DNA of 64,000 nt from contig OX597818.1 of NCBI GenBank assembly GCA_951406725.2, positions 93,930,001 through 93,994,000 of the forward strand, given 5' to 3'. This DNA comes from Octopus vulgaris (lineage: Eukaryota). The notes under the pieces were generated by a model, which saw only the letters and a program-made list of their open reading frames with translations, was not told the DNA's origin and did not search any database. How positions within the stretch are numbered: position 1 is the first letter of the stretch; each line of letters begins with the position of its first letter. The position numbers were made by a program, and so were the translations under genes. Below, piece after piece: positions 11,802 to 25,802 of the stretch.

Positions 11802-13998
11802 CAGCAGCAGCAGCTGCTAACCAAACCCTAATTCTCTCTGACTCCGAGACTCAAAACCACTACTGATGGCGACAGCAGCAACAGCGGCGGTCACCAGTCC
11901 ACACGTTAATATGAATATTATTTCAAATATATATAACAGCTGATAATGGTTCAATTGGTGAAACAATAAACAAAATGTCTAGCTGTATTCAGTTACGTAT
12001 ATTTCCGTTCTGTATTCAAACATTGTGGTTGGTAAGATGAGCACTAATTAAATACTGAAGTAGATTTTAATTAACTATTTCTTCATCTTAACATTTTCAG
12101 TTTCCATCATAAAATTGCAGTTTCGTGGTTATGCTAAAAATTCATAGAGGTATCTAATCGATTCCAACACCGACAGACAAGCCACAAAATATATCTACCT
12201 AGAATTGGAAAAACTCAATCGCAAGTGTGTATTTCGTGCTACGCTGAATATTACGAAATGATAATAGATAATAGATACACACACAAGGTTTCCTTTCAGT
12301 GGGTGACCGTTGCTTTAAGATGGTAAGGCACACACCTGAAAACCGTCCTCTAACTCTGAGCCTATTCCCTGTTCAAACTCCTATTTCTAAGCAAAACTGC
12401 AAAATCAATCCCTTATTCCACTCATTAAATTCTCACCTTTTAGGAAAACGTTTACTGGCATGTAAAGTTTCTTTCTCTATTCTTTCTTCCACGTCCCGTG
12501 ATACTTAAAGACAGTTTACAATGTTTCGTTTAAAGAAGAAAATACCTTTTAAGAGGTCTTTCAGCCTTGTCCACATCATATTCAGCTGGATGTTTTAACA
12601 TGATGAAGAGATAACGATATTAATTTGTATGACTACTAGACCAAGTGACTTTCGAAATTATCTATTTTCCTCAACCTAAAGTACATCGGAAAATGTCTGC
12701 TCAAAGTACACTCATGACAAACGCGTGTATGTCCAATCATCCTCACTTGAACACTTCGCTAGTCTTCTATAATATAAAAGAAGGTATCATGATATCTAGC
12801 TGATAGAAATGCAACAATACTTGACAACTCTTCCAATAACAAGCACTTTTCCTCACTCTACACTTCCCTCAAGACTATTGCTTAGCTACACCGATGGGTT
12901 TTAAGAAAACTTGTTTGTCAAGCGACAATTAAATCTGTTCATTGTCATAGCTCGTGTCTACAAGTTATAGCATTCTGAGACCTCGCTAAGTAACATTTGG
13001 GGTAGTAAAACAGTAGTTGTTTCAAAGTAGCTATATAACCAAATAGTAAAGAATTAATAAACTATCGAAGTTTTGTAGATCTTTACCACCACCTCCTTTC
13101 GAACTTTCGAGAATGGCTTCCTCTCAATTCATTTCCAAAGAAAATTCAGTTACTCTGTTCGGCATGCGGCTTTAGTTCTTATCTCAGCTACATGTAACTT
13201 AACTGGACATTAGTGAAGCTACAAAATCTGGTCGACACGAACTTATTTTATCAGGTACGAAATACACGCTCTCCCAAACGACTTGGGCAATAAAATGATC
13301 CTATTATCATTTCGTAATATTCAGCGTAGCACGAAATACACACTTGCGATTGAGTTTTTCCAATTCTAGGTAGATATATTTTGTGGCTTGTATTTCGGTA
13401 TTGGAATCGATTAGATGCTTCTATGATTTTTTAGCATAACCACGAAACTGCAATTTTATGATGGAAACTGAACATTTTAAGATGAAGAAATAGTTAATTA
13501 AAATCTACTTCGGTATTTAATTAGTGCTCATCTTACCAACCACAATGTTTGAATACAGAACGGAAATATACGTAACTGAATACAGCTAGACATTTTGTTT
13601 ATTGTTTCACCAATTGAACCATTATCAGCTGTTATATATATTTGAAATAATATTCATATTAACGTGTGAAATTTGACTGGTGACCGCCGTTGCTGCTGCT
13701 GCTTCTGTTGTTGTTGTTAAGCAACAAGACGGGTAAGGGTGATTGGGTGATGGTCTAGGGCTTAGGGGCGGGAGATCCCAGACTTTTGAAGAAAAAAAAA
13801 ACCTTTGGTCGTCTTGTTGTAGTCGAGGGCTCTTCGTTGACGCCGGACACCACTAGGAGGTGGCTCTCTCAGTCCCTGGAAATGGAAATCTCCAGGTCCA
13901 AATTCTTGAACGGCTGTAGCTGCTGTCGCCATCAGTGGTGGTTTTGAGCCTCGGAGGCAGAGAGAAATAGGGTTTGGTTAGCGATGTTAGTACTGCTG

Positions 13999-14055
<57 letters not shown>

Positions 14056-14114
14056 ATAATAATAATAATAATAATAATAATACACGATGCCAAAATGACT
14101 GTCACATTCATTGA

Positions 14115-14122
14115 TGACGTCA
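14115..14122. promoter_or_regulatory. Full CRE palindrome upstream of P2
   Basis: TGACGTCA ending 75 bp before the ATG at 14197. Confidence 0.65.
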
Positions 14123-14196
14123 TAGTTGAACGGAAATCATTTTTCAATCACTGAGTTTCATTTCTCTGCATTGAGAGTCAATTTGAGGTGACCAAA

Positions 14197-16128
14197 ATGA
14201 ATACCACGGAGAATTATATTTTTTCGAAGTGTTATGAGAACCTCTATTCCGAAACTGAAAAAATGGCTGACCATTCGCAATATCCAGATGTTCTAAATGA
14301 GGGATTACACAAAACTACAGAACTGAATGAAGGCGAAGATTTTACAGAAGGAAAAACTGGACACATTGATTCTCGAGACGACGATCGTGAAAATAATACT
14401 GAGAATCATATTGGTAATGTGATGGAAATGATTCAAATAGATGTTAAGGAAGGTCAAGACAATGACAAGTTAAACGATGATGATGAAACAGCAAAACATG
14501 ACTACTCAAAAGATGAGAAAACTAAGAGAAGTGCATGTGAAGTAGCAGACGATAAGAACGTGTATGTAAACAACAGATTGGAATGTAAGACACTAAATGG
14601 AGAAAAGGATGTCTGCCCTGACAAACATCCAGTAAAATTGAGCAAGAGAAGCGCAGAATTAGATAACTCTTTACCGAAGGAAGACGGGGAAAATTTTGCA
14701 ACGAACAAAAAATGCATAATCAAAGGAGGAAAAATATCTTCGATATCAAGAATAAACCCACATCGCATTAATACAGCCACGGAAAGGATTCAAAATAGTA
14801 AGACAAATTTAACAAGCTCGTTCTATATTCCTAAACGTTCAAGGCAGGAACAACCAGAAAATAATGATGGAATTTCGTCAACTAGAAGACCATTTGAGAA
14901 ATGGCAAAATTTCACAGCACACGAACAACACCTCAATATACCAAAACCATATCCTCGCCGTATGTCGTCATGTGAATACAGACTTTCGATGGTAGACATG
15001 TTATATAACAAATCTGAAAGAAAAACAAATTATCCTCGTAGAAGAATTTCTGAAAGCAAAGTTTCAGCGCCTCTCAGGCGTCGGAGTGTTTCATATTTAC
15101 AGAATAATAATTCAGCAAGCCCAAAATCCAAGCAAGGCCTTTCACGTTCACAGCAATATAGACAATTACGAGATTCACTGGATATAGTTATTTACGAGAT
15201 TGATAGATTACGAAAGGCATTAAAAAACCGGCGCTCCCACATCGCTTCACAACCACATACTTCACGTCCACGGCGATATAGTCACTTACGAGATTCACTG
15301 GAACTTGCTAAATTACGATGGGCATCAAAAAACCGGGGCTCTCCCTTCACTGCACTACCACATACTTCACGATATGTACCAGAATATCACCAAAATGTAA
15401 GACCACCACACGTACACAAAACTGCACTGAGAGTTGGTAGACGACCTTCACGATATGTATCAGACTATCACATTCATGTAGAGCATAATTCCAAGCATAA
15501 CCGTTCACGTTCACAACCATACAGTCAATTAGGAGATCTGAAACTTACTAGATCACAATGGGCATTAATAGTACGGCGCCTTCGCTCCACTGAACAACCA
15601 CATAGTTCCCGATATGTACCAGACTATCACATTAATGTAGAGCCATCTAATTCCAAGCATGACCGTTCACGTTCACAGCAATATAGTCAATTAGAAGATC
15701 TGAAACTTACTAGATCACAATGGGAAGCAATAGTACGGCGCCTTCGCTCCACTGAACAACCAGACTATGACATTAATGTAGAGCCATTTCAACCATCTAG
15801 TCGACCACCAGAATCACTGAAAGATACTAGATCACATCAACTACATAGTCCACGATATATATCAGACTTTCAGACTATAGAGCCATCATATCCACATCGA
15901 GATTCACTGGAAAGAAATGCATCAAATGTAGGGAAGCCTGTCTCCTCTTCACATAATCGCGCGGGTCGTCGTATCTTCACAAAAGTAGCGACCAAATTAC
16001 GAGATAAAGTACGCAGTATTTTTGGTAAAAAACGTATATGGGCGCCAGACGCATCATTTCATCCTGGAAGTTATTTACCAAAGAATGCCAGTTCCGCGGT
16101 TCTTCAAACCTCTAAAAGAATAAATTAA
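14197..16128 (+). CDS. P2: intronless paralogue closest to P1, about 643 aa
   Basis: Open frame, highly similar to P1; two 54-aa repeats and an extra YSHLRDSLELA module; AATAAA at the stop and near 16300. Confidence 0.8.
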   Translation: MNTTENYIFSKCYENLYSETEKMADHSQYPDVLNEGLHKTTELNEGEDFTEGKTGHIDSRDDDRENNTENHIGNVMEMIQIDVKEGQDNDKLNDDDETAKHDYSKDEKTKRSACEVADDKNVYVNNRLECKTLNGEKDVCPDKHPVKLSKRSAELDNSLPKEDGENFATNKKCIIKGGKISSISRINPHRINTATERIQNSKTNLTSSFYIPKRSRQEQPENNDGISSTRRPFEKWQNFTAHEQHLNIPKPYPRRMSSCEYRLSMVDMLYNKSERKTNYPRRRISESKVSAPLRRRSVSYLQNNNSASPKSKQGLSRSQQYRQLRDSLDIVIYEIDRLRKALKNRRSHIASQPHTSRPRRYSHLRDSLELAKLRWASKNRGSPFTALPHTSRYVPEYHQNVRPPHVHKTALRVGRRPSRYVSDYHIHVEHNSKHNRSRSQPYSQLGDLKLTRSQWALIVRRLRSTEQPHSSRYVPDYHINVEPSNSKHDRSRSQQYSQLEDLKLTRSQWEAIVRRLRSTEQPDYDINVEPFQPSSRPPESLKDTRSHQLHSPRYISDFQTIEPSYPHRDSLERNASNVGKPVSSSHNRAGRRIFTKVATKLRDKVRSIFGKKRIWAPDASFHPGSYLPKNASSAVLQTSKRIN

Positions 16129-17964
16129 ACAGTATATTACGTAGCCAAGACTGAATTTAAACCATGGAGGGCCTGAGCACTTGAAATTCTGTGGGCCCTT
16201 CATACATAAGAATTAAAGTTATGGAAATATAGAAAATCTATATCTCAAAACCCATCTATTGGATGTAATTGGATGTGATGAGTTAGCAGAGAAATTTTAA
16301 ATAAATGACTAAAAATGTCGCTTTACGTGTCAAAATTCAATTCTTTTCCTCACACATTCACTTGCAGTGTTCGTTTTTATGTTCATTGTGGGAAGTACAA
16401 TGCAGGAGAGAAGAAGGGGATAGAATACGATAAAATGACAGAAAATTACAAAAAAGTAGTTTTACAAATGTTCACTACCTTACAAAAACTATATCAGCTA
16501 AGCAAATGACCTTCTCTAAATGCATAAAAAATATTGTAACTTTCAAAACACTATTTCACAAAATTATCTCCGCTCTCTTTCAGCATATTAAAGACAAATT
16601 TAGATGGGGGCCAAATGAATAAGACAAGATAAGGTAAATTTGCCTCTTCAAATTTTTCAGAATAACAATTGAAAAGAAAACCTCGTACTCATCAATTTCC
16701 ACTCTTAGACTCTAGAAAGATCAGAAATTCAGCAAAAATTTCAAATAACTAGGTCAAACGAAAGAGAATTATGGAAAAATGGCATGATATGAAATTAACG
16801 AAACTCGACTAAATCAAATAACTCAACATAAAATATTCTCTATAGCTTCTCATGATCTGCTGGAGCAGCTCTCGGCAGAAAACTAGTTTAAGCACCCCAT
16901 ATAACCTCTCATAACTTTTATATTTTTTGGAATTTTCAAAAGTTTTTTGTGGATTTGTGTTCTACACACGGGAATTCATACAACTATTTAAAAATTCTCT
17001 TTCAGTTTTTCGAATTTTTCAAAAAAGAACCACAGTTTAATATACGGACATTCCAAATTTTTTTTTGCTTAATCGCAGCAATAGACCATTAAATGTGTTT
17101 ATGGGGAGAAAGATTTTGAAAAACATCAATACGTCAGAATGACAAGTAAAAGGGGAGTGTACCAGCTGGTCTTGAGGCATGCTAAGAATTACAGCTAAAT
17201 AGCTCTTAAATCACTCACACCCACAAAAGTTTTCGTTGATTTTCATTGTCGTATGGATTCCCGTGTATAGAATACAAGTTCGCAAAAATCTTCTGAAAAT
17301 TTCAAACAATAAAAGTTATGAGAGGTTATATGGGGTGCTTATTCATTCTGGTTCTCTTCCTGATACATTTCTGCACGATGTAGTTAAAGAGAAGAGATTA
17401 TTGAAATTAGTCATTACTTATTTTTCCCCAGTTTAAAAATTATTTTTTCAATATTGAAAATTATCAAATTGGACATTAATGCGGGGAAAATTGATGTGCA
17501 GTCTAACAGAGAAAAGAAAATTGATTGTTAAACATAAAAAAAGGTCGTGCTTCTGTTATTTTGTCAACCTTCAAATTTTCTCAACAAAAACCATAAGGGA
17601 TTACTGAAAGCATAAACATCATCATAGTGGCACTGCAACACTGAAATATACTTCTGCCATGAAGTATCCTGTCACTGGCAAGAAAACCACTTCCTGCTTT
17701 CAGTTTCTGAATGGTGGTTCGAGACTAACTAAGTTTTTTATAGCCTTGATAAAGGTATCTCGAAATATAGCAAGTCGAAGTGACTGTAGCATCTATGAAT
17801 AGGACAGAATTGAATGATTTCTTGGAATCTAGTCACACTGTAGCCAAGCTCCATCTAACCTTTGATATCACAATTGTTTTTAGTCGCTGTATGAGGAGGA
17901 TTCATCTATTTGGCTATTCTCTTCTTCCTGCCTCCAAACATTGTTTCGATTTTGTTTTTCACTA

Positions 17965-19223
17965 TCTCTTCTACCCAACAATATTCTCCTCACCTTCCTT
18001 TTCAAAACTCCTCACGGATATTCTAATGGGTTTAAATCAGGTGACATGGTAGGCCAAGGCAACGCCTTTACCTTTTTATCTAATAAAATCTTAGTCGTCA
18101 TCTTTGAAGTGCGTTTAAGGTCATTATCATGTTGGACCATGGAATGTCTTCCTAGTTCCTTCATGCTTTCAACATTTTCTGCAATATGTCACAAAAAAGT
18201 CTTGAATCCATTGTTCTCTCAATAAATGTAGGTCACCCCACACCAGCCTCACCCATGCATACCCAAAGTATAACATTTCCGCCGGTGTGTTTCACGCTAG
18301 GCACGGTGCAGCTGTCGCTATTATCTTCACCTGGTCGTCGCCATATTCGTTTAATACCATCTGACCCAAACAAGTTGATTTTAGTCGCGTCAGATGAAAG
18401 AATTTTATTTCAAAACTCCTTCCCCTTATTCACATAGGTTTTGGCAAAAGAAAGATGACTTGATTTATGCCTGGTCGTGAGGAGAGGCCTCCTACGAGTA
18501 ATGCGTCCATAAAAACTTCGGCGAACTGTTTGGGCGGATACATTATTTCCACTAACAGAAGACACTTCTTGGGCCAAAGATGAAGCGATTCGATGCCCGT
18601 CGTCCATTGCGCAACGTTGGATATGGTGAATATCATACGCAGTTAAAATAGTAGAACGACCTGGACCATGTTTATTACTTAGCCGTTCTGTAGCTTTGTA
18701 CTTCTGAATTACTTTGGCAACTGTGTTTACGCTAATATGTATTCGTTTGCTATTTAACTTGTATCCTAAACCATTCTTGTGCAAATTAAAAATAATTTTC
18801 TTCAAATCTTCCGACAATTCGTTTCCTTTTGGTGACGTTTTAATCATAATGATTTTCACCATGGTACATAAATCAGAATTCCTGCAGATGCATTAACAAT
18901 GATCAATGCAAAAATGCCAGGAGAAATAATTTATCAGTATTGAAATTATCAGCAATATCTGAATTTAGTAAAAAAAAGTGGATAAAATATTGAATATAGC
19001 AAATTTCCTTTAGGGTGTACATATTTTTGCAACGTTTGAAACTTAATATTTCGTTCATATCTTTGAAAATGTTTATTGTTTTGTGCATCAAATTTGGATA
19101 ATGTTTGCATGTATAATATATGTTATTCAGTATAAATTTCGTTTGATTTCCTTCAATATTATCACAATACTAGCAAGTTTACCGAAATTGTTTTAAGGGT
19201 GTACATACTTCTGTGAGATACTG
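17965..19223 (-). mobile_element. Tc1-like transposon, decayed, one terminus retained
   Basis: TA|CAGTATCTCACAGAAG terminus at 19223; paired-like ELSEDLKKIIFNLHKNGLGYK...GPGRS; SSDATKINLFGSDG; QHDND; WPTMSPDLNPLE. Confidence 0.9.
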
Positions 19224-19566
19224 TATATATTTATATATTCTTTTGTGAGTTATACTTTAGCGTTTGAAACTATTGAATTTGTTCCAATTTATAAGATTTA
19301 TACTTTCTAAGTCATTCGACATGAGTTGGAGTCGTTCTATCTATTTCTTGCATTTGTCTCAATATACTTAATGAGATAGTTTACTAAACTATTCAGCAGC
19401 GCTTCTACTCTCTTGCTATAACAACGTTTTTACTTTTTCGCTCTGTTTGTCTTCTGGATTTGAAAGTTAATTCTAAATGCTTACTAATCGTCTCTTACGT
19501 GTGTGTGTATATTTGTATACATATATGTATATATGGGTGTGTGTGTGTGTATGTGTGTGTGTGTGT

Positions 19567-19609
<43 letters not shown>

Positions 19610-19664
19610 TATATGTTTGTATATATAAATGTGTGTCTATGTTTGTATTTGTTCCCCATCATCA

Positions 19665-19830
19665 CTTAACAAACTGTGTTGCTTTGTTTACGTCCCCGTA
19701 AATTAGCGGCTCGACATAACGAGATCGATAGAATAAGTACCGAACTTAAAGATAAGAACTGGGATCAATCTGTTCAACAAAACTTTGAAAGTTGTGTTCC
19801 AGCGTGGCCGCAGCCCAAGGATTGAAATAC
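19665..19830 (+). mobile_element. SINE fragment following (GT)n; related to 32030-32215
   Basis: tgtttacgtccccgtaaattagcgg...gatagaataagtac recurs at 32060-32130 and inverted at 3812-3895 and 52755-52830. Confidence 0.7.
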
Positions 19831-19879
19831 ATTACCACGAAACTCTGTTAATTCCTATTATTGCTTGCATTGACATTTT

Positions 19880-21240
19880 ACCTTCTTCCTTCATTGATCA
19901 ACTCATCGATGGCACTGATGCATGCTGGTACTATTTCTTCGTAAAGTCCTAAGAAGTCGTTTAATGATTCTGGCTACGGTTTCTTCCAGACTCTTTTAAT
20001 GCAGTTCTTTGTCACTCATCCCAGTTTGTTTTGATATTACCTATGCTCTTTTTAGATGTGGTCAGTTTTTTCAATTGCCCTTGGTCATTAGTTTCTTTAA
20101 TAAGTTGTTCGAGACGTTCGGCAAAAGTAATAGGTGTCGATATCAGAAACTACACACTAATTCATATGTTGGAATAAGGAAGTGATGTTTGCTTATAGTT
20201 AAACTATCTCGACAAGAATATAGGTCTGAAGGGTGAAGAGAATCTAGCAATGACCTGGAGTATTATTAAACAATAGTTTTATACTCAAGATCAGGTTCTT
20301 CACAATATCTTCCCGCTGCTACACAAAAGTATGATACAAGATCCATTTTGAAAATTTCTATTATCATCTAGTTCTATCAATTTAATGTCCAAATCACAGG
20401 CAGATGCATTTCTGATATTTTCCTTATTAGTTCATTGGTTTAAATTGTTTCTTGTAGTATAATTACTAAGTAGTCTAATACTTTTGTTGAAAAACGATCT
20501 TTTCTGATCTTGGACATGGAGGCTGGCTTTTATTTCTTTTCGGGTGATAAAAGTGTGGAGTGAGTTTCTTTTCCAGAAAGTGGTCTGTCTCATCTCTAAG
20601 CTAATACTTTTGTTGAAAAACGATCTTTTCTGATCTTGGACATGGAGGCTGGCTTTTATTTCTTTTCGGGTGATAAAAGTGTGGAGTGAGTTTCTTTTCC
20701 AGAAAGTGGTCTGTCTCATCTCTAAGCTGAAACAGAGACAACTTCTGAGTAAGAAGACAGTTAAGGAACTTCTCCATACTTTCAAAAGTATTATCAAGCA
20801 CGGCAGCTAATATTCCCAACATCTAACTTGAATATACATGTCGCGAAGGGTAGCTGCCACGTTTTATTATACTTTTAAGAATCTCGAAAAGTTTCTTGAC
20901 TATTTGGGTGTCTAAGAATTTCCAGTTTCATTAGAGATGCTGATGCTGTGTAGGTGATACCGTTGGTTTGCTTCTATCAAACAGATCCCTACCAGCTGTG
21001 AATCTTTCCGAATTATTGACACTGTCATATTCTTAGATTTTTAAAGATGCTCCTTGCTCTTCCATGATGAAAGTTGAATTAAGAGCAGTTTTGTTTCTTC
21101 CACCAATGTAGCAAGTATACCTACTATTTCCCCCTAAATATTACTTTCAACAAGTCAACTTCTTTACTGATAACCATGTGGTTATCTTAACAGAAGCTTA
21201 TATTTTGTCAAAATTCTCACGGTGAGTCTAATCAGTTTAA
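19880..21240 (-). mobile_element. Tigger/pogo transposase remnant with an internal 126-bp tandem duplication
   Basis: FQLRDETDHF/TTFWKRNSLHTFITRKE (DET motif), LPVIW, CIKRVWKK. 20475-20600 is repeated at 20601-20726. Confidence 0.65.
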
Positions 21241-21337
21241 ATGCTTACTAACATATAACTTACGTTCGTGATCTTCCAGTCACTTCAACCCTTGCAATTT
21301 TACATCTAAGATGTGGCTTTACCTCGACACATTAGGT

Positions 21338-21618
21338 CAGTGGTTCACAGATATTTGCAAGTTACCGCTCCCTTGGCAAGCAGGCCACTTTTCTAGCGCC
21401 CCGCTTCTTCCCCCTCACCACCACAAACATGGACTACTTTTTGCAGCAAATTCAGAACAACTGTATTTTATAAATATTACTTAACCTAATTAACCCAATT
21501 TTTTTTACATACACTGCTCGCTTTTGGCCAAACCATTATCGCTCCACTTTTTTTCAACGCTCCCTGGATCTTTTCACTGTCTCCAGCGGGGCAGTACTGC
21601 CCACTGTCGGAACTACTG
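21338..21618. mobile_element. hAT-type MITE
   Basis: Termini cagtggttc...gaactactg; 8-bp TSD cattaggt/cattagat. Confidence 0.8.
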
Positions 21619-21966
21619 CATTAGATGAACTTTCGCTTCAAGCGTCACATTTATTAACATGCAGTAACAGATAGTTTAATAGTAAGGAAAAAGCTAAAGA
21701 TTTTAGTCATCTTTCGCTTGCTTTTCTTATCCTTTCTATAGTTATGCATTTTTTTGCACTACAAATTTTATTCTCCCTTCAGACTTTTATTACCAGTGCT
21801 TGTTTCAAGTGTGACTCAAAGATGGAGACTTTCATACCAAGGTATGCAACTATACAGTCGTTGATGATTCTATCTAATATATATATAGTTGTCCATCCAT
21901 GGCTACACACACACACCAGCTCATACACACACATAAACACACACACACCAGCTCATACACACACAT

Positions 21967-22004
<38 letters not shown>

Positions 22005-22262
22005 TCACACACACATACGGTTTCCATTTAGTGTTTGACCGTTACTTAAAATTGTATAGTACACACAACCTGAAAACCATGTTCTACCCTGTGCGTATTC
22101 CCTATTCAAACTCCCATCTCTAAGTACAAAAACTGCAAACACAGTCCCTTATTCCGCTCATCAAGTTCTCAGTTTTCAAGCAAAAATTTACTGGTATGTA
22201 GAGTTTCTTTCTGTATTCTTTCTTACCTGTCGTGTGACACTTAAAAATGGTTAACATTGTTT

Positions 22263-23787
22263 CCTGTAATTTGGAAACAACGGTCCGGAGACTAGCTTGA
22301 AAAAGGAGAATATATGTTTCCTTTCCTTGAAGCTTTAAATTTAATTTGTTCAGTTGGTTGAAAATGCCCTCAATGTACGCAACCCTTTTATTCCATGCTT
22401 CATCTTCGAAGCGAGCTACAAGATCTTTCTTTTTTTGAACCTCCAGGAATAGCTTTATCTCATTTTTCATCACGAAGACACGATTAACAACGTTCCCTTT
22501 CGATAACCAACGTACTTCTACGTAGAAAAGAAGGACTTCGTCCTTTGCATAGTTCTTTGAATAGCCGAGTGTTGAGTGCTGCAGTCTTTACATAATTTAC
22601 AATTTTGATTACAGAATCAAGCACTTCCTGCAGAGAGGCATGGAGAGTCTTACTGACGAGAGCATATCAGTGGATCATGCAGTGGATGCCTTTGACTTGA
22701 TGTGCTAGCTTCTTCATTCTCGACAAGACTCCTGACTTCGATCCCAGCGTAGCCAGTACTCCATCCGTACAAACCCCACACATGTTTTCCCATTGAAGGC
22801 CTTCCTCCTGGAAAAAATTTTAAACTTTTTCCATGACATCATCAGATTTTGTAGTGGTTTCAAGTGCAGTGCAGAACAAGAATTCGTCTTTAATGTCACC
22901 TGAATTAATGTATCTCACGAAGACAAGCGACTGAGAAGATGAACTTACATGTGTTGACTCATCGATCTCAAAGGAGAACAACGGAGACGCCTTGATTTCG
23001 GTCAGAACCTACTCCTTCACATCCATAGACATTTTAGAAATGCGCCTCTCTATAGTAATATTTGACAGGACTACTTGCTGTATCTTCTTTTCACAGGCTT
23101 CGCCAAGAAAACGATTTACTGCTTTCAATATGCATAGTTTTAGAAGTATTTCTCCAATCGTGTGAGGCTTTTTTTCTTTAGAAATTTCTACCGCAATTTC
23201 ATATGAAGCTTCCACTAAGGCTACACTCTGCTGCTGAAACGACCCACTGGCATCGACTCTTTAACTTTTGAGGCACCGTTCATGCCGTTTCAAGCAATGT
23301 AAATCCTTCTTTGCATGTTCTGGATGTTTCGTCTCGAGATGACGCTTGAGTTTCGATGGTTTCATTGACACTGCACTCGGGACAGCATGACACAAAACAC
23401 ACTGTGGTTTCCCGATGTCGTCATTGGTGAACATAGTGGTGAAGCCAGTGTTGAGGTAGCATTTTGAATATCTGCGCCGTTTAGCCATAGATTCAAATCT
23501 GCCAATAGAATAAAATCATATAGAATAGATTCAATTAGAAAATATACGAGAAACTGGAATAAAAACATGTCTCCACTCAAAATCTCACACCACAACATAC
23601 CTGCTAGACATAACTCACCTCTACTGCACTAAAAACCGGCGAGACGCATGACACAATCACCACAGCTCGCTGACTTATGCCACGCACTTCTGGCACCGCA
23701 TCCCAGTTCGGGTCAGTCGCGCGATTCGTCATCTACCAATCAGTGACGGGCATGCGACTCACGTGTCGACAGCGAGCGCGCGCACAT

Positions 23788-23831
<44 letters not shown>

Positions 23832-24119
23832 CAGTAGTAAGATTAACTGAGCGCACATGCTAAACAGACACTCAAACATACGTACACTCACATACTCGCT
23901 AGTACAGGCGCATACATACACTTGCAGACACATATACACATTCACGCATACAGACACCCCAATGTCATCTAATGACATTGAATCGCTGTAACACGTTTTT
24001 TTTTTTGCACTGTAACGAAAACAAAAAAATATCTAAGGGCGTAAATTTGTGATTGATGACTTAAGGCTTCGCGACGCCACGCCACCAGGGGGTTGGAAAC
24101 CACCGGTCGAGAACCCCTG
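22263..24119 (-). mobile_element. hAT Buster/Charlie-like transposon, decayed and 3'-deleted
   Basis: Terminus CAGGGGTTCTC at 24119; KPQCVLCHAV...MKPSKLKRHLETKH; EASYEIAVEISKEKKPHTIGEIL; IFNQLNKLNLKLQG. Confidence 0.9.
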
Positions 24120-25039
24120 CTCTATAGTATATAAAAGAAAGGATGATCCATTGACCATGTTGTTTAGCTGATAGAAATATGTTAATTCTTGGTAACTCAT
24201 CCATTATCAAGCACTTTTCCTCACTCTGCACCTCACTCAAGATAAACCAATGGGTTTCGGGAAAATTTGTCAAGCGACGATCAAATCTGTTCACTATCAC
24301 AGCTCACGTTTATAATATAAGTTATAGCATGCTGAGACCTCGCTAAGTAACAGTCGGAGTAGTAAAACAGTAGTTATTTCAAAGTAGTAATATAACCAAA
24401 TAGTAAAGAATTAAACTATCGAAGTTTTGTAGATATCTACCATAATTAATAAACTATCGAAGTTTTGTAGATATCTACTGTCCACATTCGAACTTTAAGA
24501 GATAGCTTCCTCCCAGTTCGTTTCCGAGGAAAATCAGTTAATATATACAGCATGAGGCTCCAATTTCTATCCCAGCTCCATGTAATTTAACTGGACATTG
24601 GTCAAGCTACAAAAGCTGGTGAATATAGACTTATCTTTCCAGGGGCAGAGTTACAAGTTCTCCCAAACGTCTTGGTTAATGAATGATTCTTTTATTATTT
24701 CGTAATCCTTCAGCGTAGCACGAAATATAGATTTGCGATTCTGAAATTATTTGCTAGGGTCTATTTACAATATTGACCCTGTATTGTTCTGACAACTCCA
24801 TCATTTCAAAGTTCATCTAGAGACAGTGTTGACTGATATTTGTTCGTGCTGCCGTCCAATTCCTCAACATCAGTCATGAAGACAAAAATGTTAAGATGAT
24901 ACTGCAAGATATAAGTTTCAACGGTTGTTATGTATTCCAAAGTCAATATCTATACAGCAAAAGAAAGTGGGGTATGATGTGAGGGATATTCGGTTGTTAT
25001 TTGTAGCTATATGAATAACACAGCCAAAAAGTGGATTGA

Positions 25040-25335
25040 AGGGCATTGTTGGGGTGAAGAACAGATCTGGTAGGCTGCAGAAAGCTCCTGAGAAGGCAAA
25101 GAATGCAGTTAAGCATGAAACATGAATGTGTAACTGAAATTTGAGGTTCTAAATTCTATGGATATTTTGCCACATTGTGTAAGAACAACATTAAAAATCC
25201 TTGGATATGAACGAAGAGTTGCAAGAAATAAGCCTATGATTTTAAAATCCAATAAGACCAAAAGTTTCAACTGGACTAAAAAGTTTTGTAACAAAGAAAA
25301 CAAATGTTACTTATCTATAATTTGGTCTAATAACA
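25040..25335 (+). mobile_element. Tc1-like fragment in the P3 upstream cassette; duplicate at about 39900-40205
   Basis: VRTTLKILGYERRVARNKPMI...IIWSN resembles the Tc1 HTH-to-WSDE region; absent upstream of P1/P2. Confidence 0.55.
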
Positions 25336-25705
25336 GTAACTCTTGCCAGATGTTGCAATTCTATGTAGATATACTTTGTGGCTCGTCTTTCGGTGAGGGA
25401 ATCGATCAGATATAATTATGATTTTTAACATAACCACAAAACTGCAAACTTATGATGAAGAAATAGTTAATTAAAATCTACTTCAGTATTCAATTAATGC
25501 TTATTTTACCAACCTCAAGATGTTTGGACAGGGAGCGGAAATATACGTAACTGAATACAGCTAGACACTTTGTCTATTGTTTCATTAATTGTGCCATTAG
25601 CAGCTGTTGTATATATATTCATATTAACAGCAACAGTAAAATGGTAGTGATGATATTACTACCACTGCCACAGTACGATACCGAAATGACTGTCACATTC
25701 ATTGA

Positions 25706-25713
25706 TGACGTCA
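25706..25713. promoter_or_regulatory. Full CRE palindrome upstream of P3
   Basis: TGACGTCA ending 75 bp before the position homologous to the family ATG (ATA here, 25788). Confidence 0.6.
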
Positions 25714-25802
25714 TAGTTGAAAGTAAATCATTATTGAATAATTTAGTTTTATTTCTCTGCATTGAGAATCAATTTGAATTGACCAGCATAAATACCACAG
25801 AA

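Noticed and set aside
17545-17965. Possible Merlin-like transposase trace (QIDES on the minus strand)
   Set aside because: A single short motif with no supporting frame.
24413-24478. Short tandem duplication aaactatcgaagttttgtagatatctac
   Set aside because: Ordinary local slippage; single copy in the paralogous cassettes.
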